Shown: piece after piece, positions 13,746-24,106 of the stretch
Numbering within the stretch: position 1 is the stretch's first letter
Layout of the letters: each line of letters opens with the position of its first letter
Assembly (NCBI GenBank): GCA_963514005.1
Contig: OY740810.1
Location: 19,654,001 to 19,718,000, forward strand
DNA from: Raja brachyura
Lineage: Eukaryota
DNA: 64,000 nt
Reading direction: 5' to 3'
Notes under the pieces: model-generated
The model's database searches: none
Seen by the model: only the letters and a program-made list of their open reading frames with translations
Told to the model about the DNA's origin: nothing
Translations under genes and position numbers: made by a program

Positions 13746-13920
13746 CCTACAGCGCCATCAGCGGTTCGGAGTCGCCTGAAGCGCCCTCGGCGGTTTGGAG
13801 TCGCCTGCAGCGCCCTCGGCGGCTCGGAGTACCTACAGCGACTTCAGCGGTTCGGAGTTTCTCCAGCTTTTTGTGTAACCCTCAGCGGTTCGGAGTCGCC
13901 TGCAGCGCCCCCGGCGGCTT
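13746..13920. repeat. 29-bp GC-rich minisatellite (about 5.5 units)
   Basis: Units cctrcagcgccctcggcggttcggagtcg start at 13746, 13775, 13804, 13832 and 13899. Confidence 0.9.
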
Positions 13921-15548
13921 GATGGTGAAAGTAAAATAAAAGCAGGTGAAAGAAAGCTGAAATCAAAATATTAAAAACACTCAGCAGGTCAGGCAGCATT
14001 CACAACTCACCCCACGTGGATTTCAATTTCGAATTTCATCTGCACGATTCGGCTCCACCAGATCACAGATATGCTGAAATTGTCTAGCATTTGTCAAGGC
14101 AGAGCCTCGTCTCATCCTGAGACGCCCTTAATGCATATACATGCTCTCTTTACAATTAAAACACAGACTCACTTGATCTCAAAATTGCCATGTTCCGTAG
14201 TTCTATTAATATTTACTCTTCTATTTTCTATTATTTCGTCGCCACATTCAGTGCTGTTATTGGTGACTTTTCCCTTCCTTTCTGACAGGATAAATCACAA
14301 ACTTCAATTGTTACATTCCAAAACCCATCCAGATTTTTGTCCCATTTCAGTTTTTTTCTGATCCACTCCCCTTCCAGTCTCACGCCTTGCTGTTGACATC
14401 GCCGATCATTATTTTCTATTTCTGTCCACTCCGTTTACACATATTTTCCTTCCTTCCCCGTTCAGCACCATGAAGGTTCATGCCTTTGCTACTGAAAAGA
14501 GACAACAAAGTGCTGGAGCAACTCAGCGGATAAGGAAGCATCTCTGAAGAACATGGACAGCCATCGTTTCAGGTCGGGACCCATCTTCAGACTCAAAGCG
14601 ATACTGCCTTAACGCGCTGAGTTACGTTGTGTCATTTTTCGCAGTTCCTTGTGTCCACATGGCTTTGCTGCTCCCTCGCTGGTCTGTTCTTCAATTCCCA
14701 CCAACCACCTTCCGTCTTATGACACTGAGTATACGTCCCTTTGCAACTGCCTGAGGTGCAACACCCATCTATTGAAGGGTATGGTACTGTCCGAACAAAG
14801 AGACCAGTTGCAATCTTTTCTGGCACAACATAGCAGTTGAGTGGTTATCAGTTTAGTGTGATCGTTTCGCTGAACACCTACGCTCAGTACGCTTTGGCCT
14901 ACATGATCTGTACCTTTTCATACCTCTGGTTTTCTTCTCCCCGACTCTCAGTTTGAAGAAGGGTCCCAACCCGAAACGTCACCTATCCCTTTTCTCCAGA
15001 GATGCTGCTTGACCCGCTAAGTTGCTCCAGTATTGTGTGTCTATTTTCAGTGTAAACCAGCATCAGCATTTCCTTCCTACACAATTTAGTGTGAATATTC
15101 AGTGAAGCAGTGCCTGTATCTTAAGGGGTTCAAGAACTCAGGGAGAGTTGAGGACAGAAATGCAGTTGCTAATTCATGAAGCTGACATCATGGGATTCAC
15201 TTCATCCTGCATTGTAAAATTGCAATATTTAGTAAAACCACTATTTCAATCTATTAGAAGTCGCACCACATTGCGTCGTTTACTATTCCTATTACTCCTC
15301 TCACAGGGCAGCAAGAGAATAATAACAAGCCAGTCGAGACAGTCAATGGACAGTGGCTCTGAAGCACATGGAGTAGTGCGACCAAGGTGAACCGATGGAC
15401 TGCATCAAAGTGTCAGGGCAAGGTGGAAGCAGTGTGTGGAAATAAAAGTAAAAGGTTTTGAATCATGCACAAACATAAAGCACCATTGTATTAGGGGAAA
15501 GCCATTCATTTTTTGCTAGTTCATGGCTGATCGATGATTCATCTCCAT

Positions 15549-15868
15549 TTAGTTTGGTTTAGTTTAGAGATACAGTGCGGAAACAGGCCCTTCGGCCCAC
15601 CGGATCCGCGCCGACCAGCGATCCCCGCACATTAACACTAGCCTACACACACTTGGGACATTTTTTTACATTTACCAAGCCAATTAACCTACAAACCTGT
15701 ACGCCTTTGGAGTGTGGGAGGAAACCGAAGATCTCGGAGAAAACCCACGCAGGTCACGGGGAGAACGTACAAACTCCGTACAGACAGGCAGCACTCGTCG
15801 TCGGGATCGAACCCGGTTCTCCGGCGCTGCATTCGCTGTAAGGCAGCAACTCTACCGCCGTGCCACCG
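15549..15868 (-). mobile_element. tRNA-derived V-SINE (HE1-like)
   Basis: Minus strand: head ggtggcacggcggtagagttgctgcc (A box), gggttcgatccc (B box), V-domain-like ggagtttgtacgttctccccgtgacctgcgtgggttttctcc, CR1-like 3' end gggccgaagggcctgtttcc, (ctaaa)n tail. Confidence 0.9.
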
Positions 15869-16144
15869 TTATCTTCATCCATCCCACATAAATTCACACA
15901 GCACATAAGTGCACCTTTTGCCCCCCAAATCCAACCATCAAGCACGTCTGTACACCAATCCTACACCAATCCCATTGTTTTCTTGCAAGGTTCCCATCAA
16001 CTTCATCCCCCTTACCACAGATTCGATCACTCATCTACACATTAGGGACAATTACCTGTGGGCAACTAACCTACCAACTGTGTCTTTGGGATGTGGGGGA
16101 AATTCATGCAGTCACAGGGAATCCATGCAAACTCCACACAGACA

Positions 16145-16450
16145 ACGGCACACTGGTGCAGCGGTCGAGCTGCTGCCTCACAGCGCCAGAGACTCGGTTT
16201 CAATCCTGACTACGGTTGCTGTCTGTGTAGAGTTTGTACATTCTTCCTGTGACCGCGTCGGTTTTCTCCAGGTACTCCGGTTTCCCCCCACGTTCGACAT
16301 AGGTGGAGGTTTGTAGCTTTGTTGGTTTCTGTAAATTGCCCGAAGTGTGTACAATGCGAAAGTGGGATAACATAGAACTAGTGTACGGGTGGTTCCATGG
16401 ACCCGGTGGGCCGAAGGGGTTGTTCCCGCGCTTTATGTCTAAACTAAACA
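16145..16450 (+). mobile_element. tRNA-derived V-SINE (HE1-like); adjacent fragments at about 16030-16143(-) and 16660-16840(+)
   Basis: Same head, central domain and ctaaactaaa tail as the 15549-15868 copy. Confidence 0.85.
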
Positions 16451-18099
16451 ACAACCTAGCTCGCTGGAACAGAGAAGCAGCAGCTTAACCAGCTGCGCCA
16501 CTGTGGCTTTGATCTGTATCATCCTTGTTACCTCAACCTAACAAAATACTATTCCTGAATATTCCTGTTCACAAACCCGCAGCTTCTGAAAGAGAATTAC
16601 AATTTTTTTTTGACGGGAGAAAATATTTCCTGTTTGTATTCCTTAATTTAGGGCAATGGAATTGGCGCAACATAGATGCAGTAGGGTCGATCCTGACTAG
16701 GGGTGCTGTCTGTACCTAGTTTATACGATATCCCCGTTAACGCATGGGTGCTCCGGTTTCCTCCCACATGCCAAAGACTTCCTGGTGTGTAGTTAGAATT
16801 TGTCCCGAGAGTGTAGGACAGTTTTCGTGTACGGGATCGCGGACATGCGCGGACATCAAAGGTGGAGTAACTCGGCAGATCACACGGCATACATAGCATC
16901 TCAGGAGAAAAGGAATAGGTCGAAATTCTCATATCGCTAAGCTATATGGGAACTTATGTGATCGGAATACTACTCAAATTGATCATGTGTAGAGTTACTA
17001 AATTGAGCGCATATGAAGGAACTGCAGATGCTGGTTTAAACAGAAGATGGACACAAAATGCTGGAGTAACTCAGCATCTCTGGAGAGAAAGAATGAGTAA
17101 CGTTTCGGGTCGAGACCCTTCTTCAGACTCTCTGGGCAGCGTTTCGTGTCGAGACCTTTAATGAGTGTAAGTGGGATTAAATTTAGTGACTTGCTTGGTA
17201 TGGTAATTACAGCTGGACAGGCTCTCAACCTTAACAATGAGGAGGTCAACATCATCATTAAGTTTAATAGCCACACTTAGAACTCAGGGAACACTTAAAA
17301 GCTTATTAACAAATTGGTTCTAGCACACTAGAAAAAACGCCCATTTTCTGTGACTCAAGTGCAGCAGTGTGAATTGAAGCAGAGAGACTTTTTTCCTCTG
17401 GCTGGAGCGACTAAAACGAATGAGTATTCATTTCAAGGGGTCGGCCATTTAGGACAGAGATGAAGTATAATTCTTCACTGGGATGAATTGAGAATATTTA
17501 TAATTTCCAACCCCAAGGGGCTGTGAGTGTTCAATTGATTACTGTTCAAGACTTGAGAGTGATAGATTTAAAAAAAAAGGGATGTGGGAATCAGGATGAT
17601 CAGAGTAGAGCCAGATATGATTTTATTCAGTCTTTGGGTAGGCTTGAGAAACCACTTGGCTTACACACAGAGTGAAGCCAGTGCATCGGCTGTGCCTGTG
17701 AGCCACTTTGTAGTTGGATTCTGACACTGTAACCAAAGTTAGTCCAAGGCAAAGCTCATTACAACTAGGCAAAAATTGAGAGATTAAAATAAACTCCCCA
17801 CACAAATCTTTGGACCTTAAGATCAGTCATTACTATCCCATAAAATAACTACAGGCTTTGTTGACTTTTTGCTCTGACTGGAATAATTACAGCAGGTGAA
17901 TTCCCTTGTGTCTGAACTTTTTGCATTTTGTTTTCACAGAAAGTGAAACTTCCCCACCAATCTTAACTGTATGGAACCCCAATAGAGTGGGCTTAAAACA
18001 ATAATGATTTTGGAAACTGGGGAGAGGCTATGGATGTCTAAACCTTTGTCCAGCAGCTTCTGTGGTCAGAAACATTTATATGGATCTCTAATGTAGGAA

Positions 18100-18862
18100 A
18101 ACGGTGCCCCTTTGGTAGGGGGCGCTGTCCTGTGTGGTATGGCTGCCCAGCCTGCAGCTGTATGTTTTTCACCCTTTTCTTTTTTTCTAGTGTGTTAAAG
18201 TGTTTTGTTTTTGGAGCCTATTCTTTTTTATGTGGGGGTGAGGGGTGGGGGGGGGAAGGGGGAAACTACTTTTCCTGGTCCCTACCTGGTCGGAGAGGCA
18301 GCTTTTCTCCGGGCTGCAACTTCGACCCGTCCTCGTGAAGCGTAGCGGGCGATGCCTTGCCTGGGTCGCCGCGCTGGATGGAGTTCCGGTGAGCTGAGGT
18401 GAGCTGAGACCGCCGAGACAAACATCGCGGAGCCGCGGGTCTGCGAGCAGCGGCGCTGAACTTTAACATCGGGAGCCAGTGGGGGAGCTCCATTCAGCGC
18501 GGCCTTGTCGGCTTCGGAAGCCGCGGACTCCAGTAGGAAGCGGCCGTTCCGGGTGTCCCAAGCCGCTGAGAGGATTCTCCCGACGCCGGAGCACCGTCAC
18601 CCGGCGAGAATGGCCTGGAACATCGGGCCTCCGTGAAGGCAACTATGGAGGCCTCAATATGCCTGACTATGGGTGGACGTGGGTTGGGGACTGGACATTT
18701 TGCCTTCCCTCATAATGGGAACCATTGTGGGGGGATGTTTTTATGTTTAAATCTCTTTATTAGTGTTGTGTCTGTATTCTTTATTTTATGTGCTGCATGG
18801 CAAGAAGCATTTCACTACACCAATTGGTGTATGTGACAAATAAACTAACCTTTAACCTTTAA
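18100..18862 (+). mobile_element. GC-rich non-coding retroposon-like repeat; related copies at about 25590-25871, 26560-27020 and 3505-3660
   Basis: Shared aacatcgggcc / ccctcac(a)..tgtggggg(g)atg / ttcact..ccaattggt..gtgacaaataaa blocks, followed by short tandem tails (aacctttaacctttaa, tgtatcttgtatc, ctttgaac). Confidence 0.7.
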
Positions 18863-19340
18863 CATATCAGGGCCCATTGAGCTACATAGGAAATATTGAA
18901 TGCGCACAAAAAATTGTCATAGAAGCAGATTCTAAAGGGAGTTTAAGCAGTGGTGCCTAGACATGCTTGAATTAGATGATAACTGATACTGTGGACTGGG
19001 TGGCTGATTGTGCTTACAAATACAGGGAGGAATGACACTATGGAGAGGCATGCAAACATTAAAAAATGCGTTTCAAGCCTGCCCTGACATTCAATATGAT
19101 CATGGCTGATCTGCTGTAGGCCTCAACTCCTGTACCAGTAATTGTAGCCCTCTATTCTCTGATCTTTCAAAAATGTATCTATTTTATTTTTAAATAGGCA
19201 CCATGATTTATTCCAGAAACCACCCTCTGCAAGAAGAAGTTCCTACGTTCCTCAGTTTTAAATGACTGGCCCCTAATCTTGTAATCATGTCTACTCATTC
19301 AAGATTTCCCCAGTAGAGGAAACATCTTGATATATACTTT

Positions 19341-19498
19341 TTGTTTAAGTAGGAACTGCAGATGCTGGAAAATCGAAGGTAGACAAAAGTGCTGGAGAAA
19401 CTCAGAGGGTGCAGCAGCATCTGTGGAGCGAAGGAAATATTTCCTTCGCTCCATAGACGCTGCTGCACCCGCTGAGTTTCTCCAGCACTTTTGTCTAC
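19341..19498. mobile_element. Palindromic Penelope-derived short insertion inside a degraded minus-strand CR1
   Basis: Inverted arms of about 60 bp centred on ggaaat|atttcc (19433-19444); 15-bp TSD cttga(t/c)atatacttt at 19326-19340 and 19499-19513. Confidence 0.85.
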
Positions 19499-20924
19499 CT
19501 TGACATATACTTTGCCTGTGAGGATCTTGTACATTCCAATTCATTCTTTTAAATTTTTGATATTGTTCTATTTTCTTTAGCTCCGTGAGATGATTCAAAC
19601 TTGGAGATAGAGGAAGTTCACTCCAGCTTTGGAAGTGAGAACATTGGGAGAGGGATAGAACAGACGGGATCAAGAGTTGTTTACATTGATGGAAAGAGTG
19701 ATGACAGCTGGATTGAAGAGGATATTGAAAAGAATCCGTCAATAATATCAGCTAACGTGAAAACTGAGCAGAGAAGTTGGGTGTCAGAGGTTTTGTAGAA
19801 ACACGTTTGAGGGAGAATGAGGGACGACAGGAGTGAGACTAGAGAAAGATGCATGTTCAAGGCTGGGATAGGTAAAGTCCAATCCAATGGGTTAGGAAGA
19901 AGAGGTACTATCAGAAACCATTTCATCTCAATCAGAATGACAATGTAAGGTCACAATCTGCTTGCTTTTATGGTGGAGGTACAGGTACAAGATTTTGGGA
20001 AGAGAGATTTAAGCAGAAACTGTGCAGAAGAATTTTTTTTTTAAAAAACAGGTTTACCATCACATTCCAAAGTGAGCATGAAACAACAGTGGAAGGGAGA
20101 CTTGGACCTATTGTGTTCTACGTGGCCCGTCCAGCTCTGGCAGTACGCGGCTCAACCTCATAGTTTACACAAAATATCTAGTCTAACTCCCTCACACTTA
20201 AATGATCAGGGTTGTGGATTGTGTCCAGGGGAATGATAAGTGTAAAAGAGTAATAATTTTGGTGTATTTGATGGCCCCTGATACCCAAAGATCTTTAGAA
20301 TTAAGTATTTACAACATCTAATCCATGTTGTTTAAGAGGAAATGCAGGAGTAAATGTGTGACATGTTCCCACAATGGCACTCTCATAATGACCAGATTGT
20401 CTGCTTTTGTAATGTTGATCAAGTATAAATATTGTTCTGTATTTTGGAGAATATCCCTCCCTGGTTTTAATCCAATTTATTGTTTTAGATTACTTATGTC
20501 TACCTGAGAAAATTGAGCAGGCTCCGTTTAGTTTTCCTCTTAAAGGCAGTACCTACAATACCCCCATTGTACTGCACTGAAGCATCAACCTAAATTTGAT
20601 GCTCAACTGCACGAGTTGGTCATGAATTCCTGACCTTTCCACAGAGAGGAGCAAATTGAAGGGTCGAGGCTCTCGGCTCCAGACACTCAAACCGCACTGC
20701 CCCCCCCCCCCCCCAAGTTGCAAAACATACTTGGCTAATAAAGTGAGTATGAGTACGAGTACATAAGGCAGCCCAGTTACTGTTGACAAGTCATAAATCT
20801 TTAATTGTGATATAACAAATGTACTTCAACATAAATTGCACAGTTAATTCCACAAGGCAAGATTTGATCATGTGAATGGAAGAACTAATCTATTATTCAC
20901 AGTTCAGGTTGCTCATGTGATGAT

Positions 20925-21016
20925 CTGCCCTGCGCTGTATGGCAGACTATGACTTGTTGTTAAACTAATAGATAAGAAACAACAAAATCACTAGTCTTCC
21001 AAACAGAAGTGAGCCA
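20925..21016 (-). ncRNA. mir-7: pre-miR-7 hairpin (miR-7 family; flanks resemble the mir-7-3 type)
   Basis: Minus strand 21001->20978 reads UGGAAGACUAGUGAUUUUGUUGUU (exact mature miR-7-5p). An 18-nt loop follows, then star arm CAACAAGUCAUAGUCUGCCAUA at 20959->20938. Basal cugu/acag pairing, CNNC (CAUC) 16-19 nt after the 3p end, basal UG at -15/-14. Confidence 0.98.
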
Positions 21017-22659
21017 TAGATCTCGATCCAACGGGACATAATGAGTAAAATCACTTGCTGCAGAGAAGTCATGTACAAAACACAGAGGGTCACCAGACAA
21101 AGAGCTCAGTCACTCATCATTATTACAGCACAATATCATCTGATTAAAATACTCCTTTCAAGGCTCCACCTTGTTATCACATTCTGGATTTGAAGGATGA
21201 TGATGATGATGAGATGTGTTGTTTGACTGCGACGGAGCCCGATCATGTCACCTCCTCTGTATTGGAGATACAATGCGAGTGTTTTTGGTCTTGCAGCTCA
21301 CAGCCTTGTCCCTGCACTCACAATATGATAGCATTGTGATTTATCTGCTGCTCCTTCTGCAGCATCAATAGCATTTTTTCTATTACATTGATTAATACAT
21401 CAGACCTCTCAAAACAGCTGCCATCCAATTTTGTTGAGGCAAAGTTATTATGAAATGTCTCTTCTGCTTAGATTTATCTTTTCATTCTCTTCTCCGGATA
21501 AAGCAACTGGAAGTGGGCACAGTACCGAGTCACTGACTACAAGCCAGTGGTTTGTTTGATTATAATATCTTGGTTGTGCTTGTAATCACGTTACTGGTGA
21601 GAGTGATCACTGAGCAGAGAGGGAGAAAACCATGGAGCAAATACAGAGAAAATGTACCCTTTGATGCAAACCTGGTTGCAATAGAAAAGTTTTCAAAAGA
21701 TCAGTGTTACTTTCTCTATTGACCATTTCTTCTTGTGCCAAACAACTAGATAGGAGCCCACCTTGTGCCCATCACATTATGTTTACATGCATGCTGCAGA
21801 GTTGTGTCTATGTGCTTGCATATGCTATGTGCAAGTGATTTAATGCCTCGAGTCCCTTTTACAATTTGCAGTTATTTGTAGTTTATGTGTTACAAACAGC
21901 CACATAGATCTATCCTATATTTACCCTAAAGTAGGTGTTCAAGTACATAACTGTGTGTACAGTGCCTATTATCTCATTTTTGCACAATGATTGTGCAAGT
22001 GTGCTTGTTTGTGTACACGTACACATTTCTCAATCTGTGTGCCCCCATGTTCACTAATGTTATTTCTGTGTGTGGATCACTCATGCAGAGGTACATTCAT
22101 GTTAACTCACTTTTACTATTCACTATTTTAATTTGCAATACTCACAATTTGCTCCCTGCTCCCCACTTGTTTAAGTCGAACCATGGATTGGAATTAAGCG
22201 CAGAGCAGTAATAAAATATAGATTCTAACAATGTATGCTATAGAATACATAGAAAGTGACCAAAGTCTAGAGTGTTCAGAACGTTAATGAGGAAGGTTGC
22301 AGTTAAATTGGAGCCATTAGGGCACCTATGTCTTTTCCTGCAGTGAATGGGGGCAAATAACATTCATTTTTCATTAAAATATGATTGGAAAGGTTTGTGA
22401 TTTTATCAGAACTGTGAAGTAAATTACAAATCTTTGGTCATTTATCTTTTTCATAGAAAGAAGCAATATCACTCGACTGGTGAAGCTGTGCTTATGAAAA
22501 TGCAAAAAAAAGTGATACTAGCTAATGACCACAAATGGCCAGGTTCAACTATCAACATAGAATTATTGACAAGTGCAAATTATGTTGTTGAAAATCAAAA
22601 AAACTGTAATATAGGTTATTTTTGTCAGTCACATGTCAAGAATTAAAATGTCAGTCTTT

Positions 22660-22975
22660 TTAAGTTTAGTTTAGAGATACAGTGCGGAAACATGCCCTTC
22701 GGCCCACCGAGTCCGCACCGACCAGCCATCCCCGTCCACTAACACTATCCTACACACACTAGAGGCAATTTATTTTACATCTATACCAAGCCAATTAACA
22801 TACAAACCTGTACATCTTTGGAGTGTGGAAGGAAACCAAAGACCTCGAAGAAAACCCACGCAGGTCACGGGGATAACGTACAAACTCCATACAGACAAAC
22901 ACCTGTAGTCAGGATCTAACCCGGGTCTCTGGCACTAAGGCAGTGGCTCTACCCTTCCACTACATCACTGTGCTG
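22660..22975 (-). mobile_element. tRNA-derived V-SINE (HE1-like)
   Basis: Aligns by eye with 15549-15868, including the tttag tail. Confidence 0.88.
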
Positions 22976-23899
22976 CCTTTTCACCAAATACCAATGCAAA
23001 TTTTAATTGCATTTTATAACAAGTGCAAACACATCTTAAAACTCAATTTAGCTTTCTCCTGCAAAAAAAATCATATACATTTAACTGAGAGCAGATATGT
23101 TAGATACATACATAACTGATCAAACATGCATATACACTGATGTTTTCATACATCCGTGTTCATAAACAGGACCAAGCTAGGCGTGATGATTCCTAATGCA
23201 TCAAAAAAAAACCCAATAAAACTTTTGACTTTGAGTTTGTTTTGGAACAACCCACTTACAATCAAGATTAAATCTTGAGCTATGTGCTTCATTGTTCTGT
23301 TAAAAAACAAACATATTGGATTAACAAGGATTAATTTAAGGCTTTATACCTAGAAACAACCATAAGTAGCTCCGCTAAAATGAAAAGTATGATCATATTA
23401 ATAAGTAATAAAATTGCACCATGCCCATTATTCCAGAAATACTGTCAATGTTGCATTTCCATCCTCGCTAAAATCAGACTGGTGCAATTTCCTGAAGAAT
23501 AATTGTGGGGACTTTGGCTTTGAACGGTCTTCTCTGCTTTCAGAAGCATTGAGTGAAGACACAGATATATCAGGATCATTATGGAACAAAAATGTTTCAG
23601 TAATTACAAAGCCAGTAGGTGTCCAGGGGAAATCACATTTCTCAGTGTGACTGGAAGTGGGATTGTGAGGAAAGGCTAAATAGGAACTGATGCTCTACTT
23701 CACTGTTTCAATGTTCGCACATCTGTGTCACGCCAGCTCTGCTGGAGTGCTGTCACACAGTCATTAGAGATCTTCTGGACCATGGAATAAACAGCGGCAA
23801 AGGATACAATTTAATGACAAGACTACCTATACTTGGCAAATAATAGCTGTCACATTCAAAATTGGTTCAGTGTCTTTTTGTAAACTGAAAATTCACATG

Positions 23900-24106
23900 T
23901 TCTTTCCACTCTGGGTTAGGATTTCACAACAAAGAACAAAAGAAACAAAGCTTGTACATATTCTGCATTTTAAAACCTGTTGAAACAGGGCAGCAAGGGA
24001 GGGAACATATGCCAGTGTTGCTTTAGACCATGGGGGAGGGATTGATTTTCTGACGTCTATGATGAATACCACTGCCTTGATGATCTTTCTTTGCACATCC
24101 CTGCAT
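23900..24106 (-). other. Candidate downstream exon of the miR-7 host transcript (3' end unknown)
   Basis: Acceptor gttctgctttgcag|ATGCAGGG at 24107/24106 in unique, repeat-poor sequence; no homology recognised. Confidence 0.3.

Larger units (their letters stand above)
13150..13930 (-). promoter_or_regulatory. CpG-island promoter of an unidentified gene, probably transcribed leftwards
   Basis: Abrupt GC- and CpG-rich stretch in AT-rich surroundings, containing a strong minus-strand splice donor. Confidence 0.7.

Noticed and set aside
13117-13779. Several Arg/Pro/Gly-rich ORFs
   Set aside because: Expected by-product of CpG-island composition.
13746-13920. CRISPR-like array
   Set aside because: Eukaryotic context and head-to-tail units without unique spacers; a minisatellite.
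15780-15868. tRNA gene
   Set aside because: A and B boxes belong to SINE heads followed by the V-domain and a LINE-like tail; no complete cloverleaf.
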